From the NCBI GenBank assembly GCA_035547255.1, contig DASZVX010000156.1, forward strand, positions 708-64,707: DNA of 64,000 nt, given 5' to 3'. A program made the translations under genes and the position numbers. The DNA is from Hyphomicrobium sp. Lineage in GTDB: Bacteria; Pseudomonadota; Alphaproteobacteria; Rhizobiales; Hyphomicrobiaceae. Within the stretch, counting starts at the first letter, position 1, and each line of letters opens with the position of its first letter. The notes beneath the pieces are model-generated. The model ran no database searches, was not told where the DNA came from, and was given only the letters and a program-made list of their open reading frames with translations. Below are positions 16,811 to 26,121 of the stretch, piece after piece.

Positions 16811-17987
16811 TGCCGACGCGCGCAGGAGAGCCTCGACCGCCCAATCGCGTCCAGCGGCGCAATGGGCGCGAGAGTTTGTGCAAGCGCTTCGCGGCAATTC
16901 CGATTTTGCTTCGTTGCATCGCGATGCGGCCTGCCCATGCCAGATCCTTGCGTCCGTTGCTTTTTGCTGTTGCGATAATCTGACGGCCGCAAAGGCGCTC
17001 GTGAGGCGAGTAGAAACGGCAGCTCAGGTAGTGAGATGGAGCGTGCGCATGCGGGAATGTCTTGAACTCCTGCAGCACGCCGAGGCTTTCGAGGATCATC
17101 ATCGTGCTACGGCACTTTGCACAATGGCCGCAATTGTGCGCGGCGTCCGGCTTCTCGTAGCAAACGCGCACCAGCTCGTGCAGAACGTCCCAATCCTTCA
17201 TCAGGCGGAGTTTATCGACGCGCGTGTAATACGCCCCGTCGTGGATCATCTGGAGCTGATCCGTGGATAGGAGCGCATCGACCATCGGGTGCGAACCCCA
17301 TGGCCTTAACGTCATGTAGCTCATAGACGATGGTACCAGGAACCGGTTGAGGCCGCGCGCCAGAACGAGCGCTACGGCACACAAGGAGGCTCCGTGGCCG
17401 AGTTCCCAGGCCGGCACGAAGGCGCGGATATTGGATCTCATCGGAATAAATTCGATTCCGAGCGCGTCGAACATTGCTTCGTACCGCGCAGCCGCACGAT
17501 CGAAGACTTCCCCCTGGTTCAATGGGATGTCGAAGCCGTGTACGAAGATGGCGTACTTGCTTCGGAAGCTTGGCGATCGGCAGCCGTCCATGAACTGCGT
17601 AAAGAAGGAATCGACGCCGCCCGAGAACGCCGCCGCGGCATGGCCGGAAATCAGCTCGTCCGGCACGAGGTCTGCGCCGACGAGCCGAATGAGATGAAAT
17701 TTCTGCGGCGCCCAGGCACTGAACACGCGGGCATATTCGTCCAGCCCATGGCTAAGCCGTTCCGAAAAACGGCCCTGGATCTCGATGTCCTCGTCGAGGA
17801 TGGACGCCAATTGGCTGACCGCAACGACGAACGGCTCTGTGCCGCGAGCGATCATCGGCTCGTAACGCTCGGGCAGAGAAAACCACAGCGTTTCCGGAAA
17901 TCGCTTAGCCGAACTCTCAACACTGATGCGGGCGCTCAGCGTTATTGAACCGTTTTCCGTCGTGATGTCCGGCGCATGTATTCGCAT
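16800..17987 (-). CDS. Hypothetical PP-loop (adenine-nucleotide alpha-hydrolase-like) protein
   Basis: FSGGVDS motif, PWGSHP, VRVC...NCGHCAKC cysteine cluster. Confidence 0.65.
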   Translation of the reverse strand: MRIHAPDITTENGSITLSARISVESSAKRFPETLWFSLPERYEPMIARGTEPFVVAVSQLASILDEDIEIQGRFSERLSHGLDEYARVFSAWAPQKFHLIRLVGADLVPDELISGHAAAAFSGGVDSFFTQFMDGCRSPSFRSKYAIFVHGFDIPLNQGEVFDRAAARYEAMFDALGIEFIPMRSNIRAFVPAWELGHGASLCAVALVLARGLNRFLVPSSMSYMTLRPWGSHPMVDALLSTDQLQMIHDGAYYTRVDKLRLMKDWDVLHELVRVCYEKPDAAHNCGHCAKCRSTMMILESLGVLQEFKTFPHAHAPSHYLSCRFYSPHERLCGRQIIATAKSNGRKDLAWAGRIAMQRSKIGIAAKRLHKLSRPLRRWTRLGGRGSPARVGITS

Positions 17988-18234
17988 GCCGATATTTCAA
18001 TCCCATCGAAGCGCGCCGCGTATTGTATTTCAACGCCACGATACTCGGCGGCCGGCTTACGCTGCTCCGACGACTGGATCACCTGCCCGCCAGCGAGACT
18101 TATGACATCGTGAGTTAAATTGCATAGGCCAGGGATGGCGACGTCGTACCGGAAACTGTGGAACACGATGCGCCCGCCGCAATTGGACGCCGCGCCAAAT
18201 ATTGCAAGTGTGCACTTGTCCGCGTTTCGAACTG

Positions 18235-18271
18235 CCCCAAATACGAAAAGGCCCGCCGAAGCGGGTCTCTC
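18235..18271 (-). terminator. Intrinsic terminator, duplicated at 21274-21310
   Basis: cccgc-ttcg-gcgggcc-tttt on the minus strand, after the P450 stop. Confidence 0.7.
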
Positions 18272-19469
18272 ACTTGCTGATCACGGGCAGGCTGGCGATG
18301 GCCCGGATGCCGGGTCGCGCGCGCCATCGGATTTCGGTCTCGGGCACGGCCAGCTCGAGCTTGGGCCAGCGCGTCAACAGAGCCTCCAGCGCGCACTTGC
18401 CTTCGATCCGCGCGAGCTGATGACCGAGGCAGAAATGAATCCCCGTCCCAAAGGCGAGATGGCGGTTCGGGCGGCGATCGAGATCGAGCACCTCGGGGTG
18501 TTCGGATTCGGCCGGGTCCATGTTGGCGGCCACGATCATGGCCATGATTTTGTCGCCGGCCGGCAAGCGGACGCCCCCGAGTTCAATATCCTTCCGGATA
18601 TAACGTGGTTTTGAAAACTGTACCGGTGAGACGAAGCGCAAGAACTCCTCAATCGCGAGATTGATCCGGGACCAATCCTCTTCGAGCCAATCGCGCCGCT
18701 CGGGATTGCGGAGAAGCTCGAACACCGATCCGCTGATCAGGTGCGTCGTCGTCTCGGTGCCGGCGCCGAGCAGCAGGAACACCATCGAGACCATTTCATC
18801 GCCGCTGATCCTGCCGCCCTCTTTTTCGACGCGAACAAGCTCGGCGATCAGACTTTCGCCGCCGTTCTTGCGCGCGAGATCGAGCTGCCCTTCGAGATAG
18901 CGCTTCATGGACATCATGGCCGGGATCAAACCGAAAAACCCCATGAGATTGGTGAGCCGCGTGAAACTGTTGGTCCATGCCATGAAGCGCGGGCGATCCG
19001 CATCGGGCAGCCCCAGCACTTCGCAAATGACTGCGAGTGGGACGCGCCGCGAATAGCGATCCACGACATCGGCAGGGCTGCCGTCTGCGAAAAGCTCATT
19101 CGCCAGCGTATCCGTGATCGCGCGAATACGCGGCTCCATGTCGAGGATGGCGCGACGGCGAAAGGCTTCGTCGACGATCTCCCTGAGCCGCGTATGGTCG
19201 GGTTCGTCCATCGTCAGCATGTTGTTTGAGACGGAGCGCACGACGCTCGGCATCCACCAACGGAGGCCCGCGACCGGCCCGCCGTTCTTCCTGAGCGTGA
19301 ACGTCTCGCTGTCCTTCAGGACGCGCCCAGCAAGCTCATAAGTGGTCGTGATCCAGACTTTGCCGACGATGGGAAAATGTATCTCGACGACCGGGCCCAT
19401 GGCGCGCAGGCGAGCGACGGCCGCGGCGGGATCGCGAAAAAATTCCTGGCTTCTAATATCGATCTTCAT
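18270..19469 (-). CDS. Cytochrome P450
   Basis: LLGAGTETT I-helix, EEFLR (ExxR), HLAFGTGIHFCLG heme motif. Confidence 0.96.
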   Translation of the reverse strand: MKIDIRSQEFFRDPAAAVARLRAMGPVVEIHFPIVGKVWITTTYELAGRVLKDSETFTLRKNGGPVAGLRWWMPSVVRSVSNNMLTMDEPDHTRLREIVDEAFRRRAILDMEPRIRAITDTLANELFADGSPADVVDRYSRRVPLAVICEVLGLPDADRPRFMAWTNSFTRLTNLMGFFGLIPAMMSMKRYLEGQLDLARKNGGESLIAELVRVEKEGGRISGDEMVSMVFLLLGAGTETTTHLISGSVFELLRNPERRDWLEEDWSRINLAIEEFLRFVSPVQFSKPRYIRKDIELGGVRLPAGDKIMAMIVAANMDPAESEHPEVLDLDRRPNRHLAFGTGIHFCLGHQLARIEGKCALEALLTRWPKLELAVPETEIRWRARPGIRAIASLPVISK

Positions 19470-19598
19470 TTTCGCACTCCCCGAGCCCGCGTGACCTTCG
19501 AGCAGGTGGCTGAGGTATGCGCTTTCGATGCCGGAATAATGACATCCCACCGCGATGGAGTTGTGATGCGTAAAGACCGTCTTGACCGCAGGAGCGGA

Positions 19599-20816
19599 TC
19601 AACGCTCCACGCGCACACGAAGAGAACAGCTGACATCAATGGCGAAGGCTAGCGCCATGGCAATGGCTCCAATGACGAATAGGAGCTGATAGTTTCCTCC
19701 GGAGTGGGCGAAGACGAAGGAAAATCCATAGGCGGCGGCCGCCTGGAACGAAGCGAACGCAACCGTCGCCACACTCCACGCCGCCTTCTGCTCTGCCGGG
19801 CGATGTGGCAACAGCTCGTGAATTCGTCCGAGCACCAGCGTCACGGTGCCGGTAATAGACGCGCCGATGATGATACTGGAGAGCGCCAGCAACGGGGTGC
19901 TGACGAGATTGCACGCAGGAATAGCAAGCGCAGCAATCTGCAACAGGAAGGCAGCCCGCAGCGCCGGACCGAACCCAATGCGATCAGCGACGTATCCGGT
20001 AAGGATCGGTGCCAGCGTAGCACTCACGCCGAACGTAATCCAGAACTCAGCGCCGAGCGCGACGCCCCGGCCAAGCCCCCGCGCGACGAAATCGACGAGA
20101 AATATCATGTGCGGAACCCAGGCGACGGCGTTCAACCCGTATTCGATATAGCGCGCTCTCAGCGCTGATGTTTGCCGCGTGTGCGTGTGCTCTGCGGCAG
20201 GAACGAACGGCGGCGGGCCTGCTGGCCAACCGCTCCATGCGATAGCGGTCAGTAGGAGCGACAACGCACCGAGACTAAACCACGTCTCCTCCAGCCCGAT
20301 CTTCAAAAGAAACGGAATGAGCGTGCCCGACACCACGGTGCCGACGCCCACGCCCATGAAGATCAATCCACCTGCTAGCCCTCTTCGCAATGCCGGGACA
20401 TGGGAGAGGACTGTCGGTGCGGCAATCACCATCATCGCGCCACCGGCCAGACCGGCAGCGAAACGCCAACCGAAGAACCAGAGAAAGCTCAACGGAAAGC
20501 CACAAGCAAAAAAAGATACGGTGGCGAGCACCATCATCGCTCTCAGCACGCCCACGACCGAGAGACGCGCGGAGACCGGACGGCCGAGCAATGCGCCCGC
20601 AAGATAGCCAGCGAGGTTCGCCGCACCGAGATATGCGGCATCAGACGGCCGAAACCAATGGGCCTCGATGATGGCGGGCAAAAGCGGCGTGTACGCAAAG
20701 CGCGCCAAGCCTATTCCGATAAGCCCGGTGCAGAACGCGCCGGTAATGGCGCGGCCGAGGTTCGGCGCCTTTGTTTCGAAAGCCTCAGCGCGTGTCGTCG
20801 GAGAATCCTTACTCAT
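19599..20816 (-). CDS. YbfB/YjiJ-family MFS transporter
   Basis: GIGLARFAYTPLLP, ANLAGYLAGA; about 12 hydrophobic segments. Confidence 0.85.
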   Translation of the reverse strand: MSKDSPTTRAEAFETKAPNLGRAITGAFCTGLIGIGLARFAYTPLLPAIIEAHWFRPSDAAYLGAANLAGYLAGALLGRPVSARLSVVGVLRAMMVLATVSFFACGFPLSFLWFFGWRFAAGLAGGAMMVIAAPTVLSHVPALRRGLAGGLIFMGVGVGTVVSGTLIPFLLKIGLEETWFSLGALSLLLTAIAWSGWPAGPPPFVPAAEHTHTRQTSALRARYIEYGLNAVAWVPHMIFLVDFVARGLGRGVALGAEFWITFGVSATLAPILTGYVADRIGFGPALRAAFLLQIAALAIPACNLVSTPLLALSSIIIGASITGTVTLVLGRIHELLPHRPAEQKAAWSVATVAFASFQAAAAYGFSFVFAHSGGNYQLLFVIGAIAMALAFAIDVSCSLRVRVER

Positions 20817-21026
20817 TCAGCGGGACGATACGGCATATGAGACCGACGCCAGAATGCCGTGGCCCGAATAGCTCCTCTGCTTGCTGATGGGTTGACGGTG
20901 GCGACGTTGCCAAGCTGTCGCAGCTAAAAGGGCTTCTGACTTTCAGCGCGGCTGCATCAATCGTCGTTTCAAAAATAAAAAGGCCCGCAGATCGCGAGCC
21001 TTCGTCGTGGAGCCTGAGTTCGCCGG

Positions 21027-21161
21027 TTAGTGCTTGCCGCCGGCCTTCTGCGATTTCGCGAACGTCGCGGAAACCGAGCCTGACCCAGCCGCCGGCTTCG
21101 GCGCAGCGGCCTTCTTGGGTTTGCGAACTTCCTTCTTCGAATGTGTCTGGCCTCTGGCCAT
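21027..21161 (-). CDS. Small basic protein (44 aa, not in ORF track)
   Basis: MARGQTHSKKEVRKPKKAAAPKPAAGSGSVSATFAKSQKAGGKH; GAGG RBS; terminator hairpin at ~20971-21002. Confidence 0.7.
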   Translation of the reverse strand: MARGQTHSKKEVRKPKKAAAPKPAAGSGSVSATFAKSQKAGGKH

Positions 21162-21273
21162 TATAGACCTCTTCGGGTTATGGCGCGCTTCTCGCTAAGG
21201 CGCGCGCCTCGCCGCATTCTACATCGACTGCCCGGGTGGCTGCCAGCACCGTTCATCAGTCTGCCGACCAAAC

Positions 21274-21310
21274 CCCCAAAAACAAAAAGGCCCGCCGAAG
21301 CGGGCCTTTC
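21274..21310 (-). terminator. Intrinsic terminator
   Basis: aaaggcccgc-ttcg-gcgggccttttt on the minus strand. Confidence 0.8.
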
Positions 21311-21326
21311 GTTTCAAGGAGCAGCG

Positions 21327-22658
21327 CTAGGCTGCAACCGTGCCAAAGGTAGGCGGTTTCGTAGCCTCCTCGAGTGCCATGTCGGATTTGAGTGCGATAC
21401 CGATATACCGGACTCTGCCGGCCACTTTCTCCTTTTTCACGCCAAGCTCGGCGAATTCACGCGCAAAGCTCGGAAGTGCTGCGGGCTCCTTGTTCTTGGA
21501 ATCGCACCAAGAGCAATAGTCCTCGTAAAGTTCAGTGGCCGTTACACTTGATCCGTCGCGGACCTCGATGTTCTCCTTATAGAAACGTTCCGTGTTATTT
21601 TCAGGGGCGAGACGCGCAACCGGCGCCGCGATCCTGGCTTCGACAACCTTCGGCTCGACCTGATGCACTTCTGCGGGCCGGGCTTCGATTGCTGGCACCT
21701 TGGCGACCTCGGCTTCGAGAGGAATCTCGATCGACCTGTTGTCGTTGGCGCCTGAACGCGGCTTGCTCGTCTGAACGGCGATCGGTGTAAGCACCGGAGC
21801 CGCCACCGCTGCCGCAGCGGTGCTTCCTTCTGCCATCGCCAGTTTCGGCGCGGCAGGCATCTGACGGTCATAGAGCCGCCATTGACTGAATGCGACGTAC
21901 ATGCCGAACCCAGAACCAATTTCGAGCAGCAGCGCCACGAACAACGTCAAGGCCATCTGCACGTTCTCGATCTTGACGTTCGGGAAGAACGCCGCGGCAA
22001 GCTCGGTCAGAACCTTGGCTTGCGGATCGGCTTCCGACAGCGCAGGCGTACCTGCGGCCGCATCGATCTTCGATCTCAGCTCGGAAATACGGCTGTCGGC
22101 TGTCTTCGCTGCGCTCGCGGATGCAAGCTCAGCGTCAAGCGTCGTCAGCTTCTGACAGAACACCCGTTCCGTCTTCGAGTTGACGTCCTTGCAGCCATTC
22201 GACCATTTCCAGGCCTTCTGCAGTTTGAGGCCGTCGATCTCGCTTTGCACCGCCTCATAGGGCCGATGCTGCGGAATCCAGCCAGCTTGCTCTTCGGCAC
22301 GCTTCAGCTCGGTCCTCAGATCCTGATACGTCTGAGCTTCCTGCGCGCGGTGCCCAGTCGAGTCGAAGCGGTTCAATGCTGCGTGACCGAGCGCCGAGGT
22401 CATTGAGTAGGTCGTCACGACCACCCAGACCAGCGCCGACGCAGCCGCCTGCGACCAGACTTTGTTTCGAACAGCGGCGAAGAAGAAAAACGGTATCAGT
22501 GCTTTCAAGCAGTCGGCGGCAGCGGACGCTGCGCCATAGATTTGGCCGTCCAGCTCGGAGCGTCCGAGACTGAAGCCAAACCGCCAGTTCATTGCGGCCG
22601 ACACGGCTAATAGTACGCCGGCTGCTAGAACCCCCAACACGCCTAAAACGTGTCTCAT
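21327..22658 (-). CDS. Membrane/coiled-coil protein with C-terminal primase-type (D5/P4-like) winged-helix domain
   Basis: Three N-terminal TMs, coiled coil, a fourth TM, linker, then ERFYKENI...SVTATELYEDYCSWC...FAREFAELG..KEK..GRVRYIGIALK; AGGAGAGG RBS. Confidence 0.7.
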   Translation of the reverse strand: MRHVLGVLGVLAAGVLLAVSAAMNWRFGFSLGRSELDGQIYGAASAAADCLKALIPFFFFAAVRNKVWSQAAASALVWVVVTTYSMTSALGHAALNRFDSTGHRAQEAQTYQDLRTELKRAEEQAGWIPQHRPYEAVQSEIDGLKLQKAWKWSNGCKDVNSKTERVFCQKLTTLDAELASASAAKTADSRISELRSKIDAAAGTPALSEADPQAKVLTELAAAFFPNVKIENVQMALTLFVALLLEIGSGFGMYVAFSQWRLYDRQMPAAPKLAMAEGSTAAAAVAAPVLTPIAVQTSKPRSGANDNRSIEIPLEAEVAKVPAIEARPAEVHQVEPKVVEARIAAPVARLAPENNTERFYKENIEVRDGSSVTATELYEDYCSWCDSKNKEPAALPSFAREFAELGVKKEKVAGRVRYIGIALKSDMALEEATKPPTFGTVAA

Positions 22659-23474
22659 TTCGTGTGCCCTCTCCTGTGAGGGCCGGTTTCAGTGACGCGA
22701 TACAAGACCGGCCATTTCGGCTTGTGGCTGCGCGCCCGAGGGTGGCGGCGACCAATGCTCCGGAACGCACAACGGGCACGGCTGCGAGCGATATCCTGTT
22801 TGACCGACTGTGAGCTCCGCTGTCATCCCCATGACAGCGGCAGACGAGCAACTGGGATACTGCGCAACCACGCGAGCCAAGAGCCACCAGCCTCAGTCGA
22901 GTTGAAGATGCCACCGCCGGCTTCGCCGCTCGAATCCGGTGGACGACTTTTCCTCAAGGTCAACGCGAGGTTGGAAAACGTAACGCGAATTAAACTCCCC
23001 TCGCCCTCAGCCGTAACTGAGTCGACCCGGGATGTGAATCGTTTTGATAGGAGAATCAGAATTCTAGGATTTGCGGTGGCGGACGTTTCGGGCGCTGGAC
23101 ACCTCTGTGCACAAACGCCGGGGCGCGGTTGATAACAGAACAGTTTTCAAACGGTTTTGCACCGGCTGTTCCAGTTTCAAAATGGGAACTCGTCGCGCCG
23201 CGCACGCATCCCTGCGTTTGACACGACGCGAGCAAATCCTGCGTGTTTATGACGATCATGTGACCTGCTTGCAGATGCTAGTTTTCACTTACAACCGCGC
23301 GCGCTTTGGTGCATGCTCAACGGCGGCGCGGATGCTTGAGGCCGCGCGACGGCAAGTCTTTCAGACGGCATGTCCGAGGCCATCGCAGCCGCTGAAAATG
23401 ACAAGGTCGAAATCGTAGATTTCCCTTTGCCGACCTTGTGACTGCCCGTCGCCGAGTTGAGTGGAGTTTGAGCC

Positions 23475-24611
23475 ATGCAGCGGTTCGGCGGATTGCTGTT
23501 GATGCTCTCTGGCGTGGTGGCATTGGGCGGATATCTTACCTTGCCGCCTCCACCGGATGATGCCGCCAACCTTGCCGAAGTCACCCGCATTTCGATTGCG
23601 CCCTATCATCCCAAGCGCGCAGGCGACAGCGGCATTCGCACATTCTCGCCGACCTCCGCTGCGTTCCGCGACGTCGTCAATTCAGACGGCGCCAAGCTGG
23701 CACCGACGAGTCAACAACCTCCGCAGCCCTGGACCACGATTGTCAGCGCCGAACCGTCGCGAGGAGCGGTTCTGCGATCGGCAGAGCCGGGAGACGCCCG
23801 CACTCGCGTCGAACTTGCACGCGATCTGCAGCGCGACCTCAAACGCGCCGGATGCTACTGGGGTGAAATCACCGGCGTGTGGAGCCCCGCGACCAAGCGC
23901 GCGATGAGCGCATTCATGGATCGCGCCAATGCGACGCTGCCGGTCGACGCGCCCGACTACATTCTTCTGAGCCTCGTTGAAAGCCACAGCGAAATTTCCT
24001 GCTCGGCTGCGTGTCCGTCGGGGCAGATGATGGATCAATCGGGACGTTGCGTTCCGAACGCTGTCGTGGCGCAGGCTTCGAGGCGATCAAAGCGGCTTGA
24101 AGCGCGCAACGTGGCAGACGCGCGTGCAACGGGCGATCCGTCACGCATTGCCCCTGCCCAGCCGGAACAACTGCCGTGGCTCGACCGTAATGGCCGATCG
24201 ATCGTTGCACAGGCTGCGCCGCGTGCTGCGCCACCGGGCATGATGTCCATCGGTGGACCAAGCTTTGGAACGCCGCCGTCTCCAACAGGAGCACTTTCCC
24301 AGCAAGTCGTAATCGAGCATGACGACGGCACTCCGCTCGACAATGGGTCCAATGCAGCTATCGGATCGGCGAATTCCGACAAAGTCGCTGCGCTCACGAC
24401 GGAGGATGGTCAGGCAAACGGCGATGCGACGGCATCTGCGACAGAACCCGAATTAAATCCTCCTCTAAAGCCCGACAGACATCGGGCGAAGCGTTTGCGC
24501 GAAAGGTCACGATCTTACGGTTACGGTCAGGGTGGGCGAATGCGACGCGGCGATCCTCGCCCCGGAACCCCGCGCTATAATCTCGTGCAGGTCCTCGGCG
24601 GTATTTACTGA
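23475..24611 (+). CDS. Exported protein with peptidoglycan-binding-like domain
   Basis: N-terminal anchor; LQRDLKRAGCY.GEITGVW...TKRAM..F; CPSGQ...GRC. Confidence 0.65.
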   Translation: MQRFGGLLLMLSGVVALGGYLTLPPPPDDAANLAEVTRISIAPYHPKRAGDSGIRTFSPTSAAFRDVVNSDGAKLAPTSQQPPQPWTTIVSAEPSRGAVLRSAEPGDARTRVELARDLQRDLKRAGCYWGEITGVWSPATKRAMSAFMDRANATLPVDAPDYILLSLVESHSEISCSAACPSGQMMDQSGRCVPNAVVAQASRRSKRLEARNVADARATGDPSRIAPAQPEQLPWLDRNGRSIVAQAAPRAAPPGMMSIGGPSFGTPPSPTGALSQQVVIEHDDGTPLDNGSNAAIGSANSDKVAALTTEDGQANGDATASATEPELNPPLKPDRHRAKRLRERSRSYGYGQGGRMRRGDPRPGTPRYNLVQVLGGIY

Positions 24612-24638
24612 CGCAATAACGCTGGTAGCGGCCGCTGA

Positions 24639-24959
24639 TCAGGATTTCGTGCCGGCGCGAACCCAGGCGAGATAATCGGCGCTGCCGCCGGTGACCGGCA
24701 ATACCAACACCGCGGGCGTCTCATAAGGATGGTGGGCGAGGATGTGCTGCACGGCGCGCTCGGCGCCTTCGGCTGAGAGCTTGGCGATCAGGACGGCTTC
24801 GTCGGAGGTTTCGGTCGCACCCTTCCAGACATAGACCGAGGTCATGCCTGGAAGGACGTTGACGCAGCCTGCGATCCCCTGCTCCACCATATCCCTGCCG
24901 ACAGCCAGCGCCGTCTCCCGATCGGGGAACGTCGCATAAATCATGACGACAGCTGCCAC
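24639..24959 (-). CDS. cutA: Divalent-cation tolerance protein CutA
   Basis: YATFPD...A...VEQ.IAGCVN..PGMTSVY.WKG, HPYETP. Confidence 0.9.
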   Translation of the reverse strand: MAAVVMIYATFPDRETALAVGRDMVEQGIAGCVNVLPGMTSVYVWKGATETSDEAVLIAKLSAEGAERAVQHILAHHPYETPAVLVLPVTGGSADYLAWVRAGTKS

Positions 24960-25068
24960 TGGCGCGGCAATTCCCGCTCCGCTATCAGCCTTTAGGGGCT
25001 TGTCGTTTTCCGGCACTTGAGCGAGCCTCCCTGCCGCCGTAAGCCCTGCATCAGTTGCAAAGCCATCT

Positions 25069-25851
25069 ATGCCCAAAGAAAAAAACAAATTCGAACGCAT
25101 CGCCTTCGTCGCAAGCGATGTGCCCGAGGCGATCGAGGCGCGCAAGGCGCTGATCAAGCGCTACGGCAAAACCGATCCAGCCGAGGCCGACGCCATCGTC
25201 GCGCTCGGCGGCGACGGGCTGATGTTGCAGACGTTGCATCGGTTTATCAATGACAAGATCCCAACCTATGGGATGAATCGCGGTTCCGTCGGCTTTCTGA
25301 TGAACGACTACAGCGAGGACGATCTCAGGGAACGGCTCGCGGCCGCCGAGGTCAGCCGTATTCATCCGCTGTCGATGATCGCGACCGACAGCGCGGGAAA
25401 AGCGCACAAGAGTCTTGCGATCAATGAAGTCTCGCTTTTCCGGCAGCGCTATCAGGCCGCGAAACTGCAGGTCGCGATCGACGGCAAGGTCCGCCTCGAA
25501 GAGCTGATCTGTGACGGCATTCTCGTTGCAACGCCCGCCGGCTCAACGGCCTACAATCTTTCGGTGCACGGTCCGATTTTGCCGATCAAAGCGGCGCTTC
25601 TCGCCGTGACGCCGATCAGTCCTTTCCGGCCTCGCCGCTGGCGTGGCGCGCTCGTGCCCAACAAGGCGCACATCGCGATCACTGTGCTCGAAGCGGAGAA
25701 GCGGCCGGTTAGCGCCGCCGCCGACCATTTCGAGACCCGGAACGTCGTGAAGGTCGAGATCGAGCAGGCCCGCGCCATCGAGCTCTACATGATGTTCGAC
25801 CGCAACCACGGTCTCGAGGAGCGTCTGCTTGCCGAGCAATTTAGTTTCTAG
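25069..25851 (+). CDS. nadK: NAD kinase
   Basis: [36 protein letters not shown]. Confidence 0.95.
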   Translation: MPKEKNKFERIAFVASDVPEAIEARKALIKRYGKTDPAEADAIVALGGDGLMLQTLHRFINDKIPTYGMNRGSVGFLMNDYSEDDLRERLAAAEVSRIHPLSMIATDSAGKAHKSLAINEVSLFRQRYQAAKLQVAIDGKVRLEELICDGILVATPAGSTAYNLSVHGPILPIKAALLAVTPISPFRPRRWRGALVPNKAHIAITVLEAEKRPVSAAADHFETRNVVKVEIEQARAIELYMMFDRNHGLEERLLAEQFSF

Positions 25852-25868
25852 TGGCGGCTTTATAGTTG

Positions 25869-25909
25869 GCGCTTTGCGACTCCCCTACGGGGAGCCGGCC
25901 GCAAAGCGC
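25869..25909. repeat. Palindromic repeat family B, copy 5
   Basis: GCGCTTTGCG-A-CTCCCC-tac-GGGGAG-CCGGC-CGCAAAGCGC. Confidence 0.8.
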
Positions 25910-25911
25910 GC

Positions 25912-26050
25912 TAAAAACCGACTGGCCTTCTCAGCCTCACGGAGGAACGTGGGCGGAGAAGGCCATGACATGGTGAGTATGCTTCGCTGCCTCTGCCTGT
26001 GGCGGAGCGGTGCTGATCCCGCCGCAACGAACGACAACCGAAGCACGCAT
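25912..26050 (-). ncRNA. Candidate small RNA (two stem-loops, UUCCUC loop, U-tract)
   Basis: 5' stem gtgcttcg/cgaagcat; 3' hairpin tggccttctc..cacg-TTCCTC-cgtg..gagaaggcca followed by ttttt. Confidence 0.5.
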
Positions 26051-26073
26051 TTTTCTAGAATGCCGCGAATCCC

Positions 26074-26089
26074 GTTAACAGCCGGTTAA
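26074..26089 (-). promoter_or_regulatory. CtrA box
   Basis: TTAA-ccggctg-TTAAC on the minus strand. Confidence 0.7.
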
Positions 26090-26121
26090 GATTTTGCGAC
26101 CGTCAGAACCAACGGCCTACG

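Noticed and set aside
22660-23474. Riboswitch or CtrA box in the long intergenic region
   Set aside because: No recognisable aptamer; the TTAA-containing stretch near 22980-22995 has the wrong spacing. An Rfam scan is needed to exclude an RNA element.
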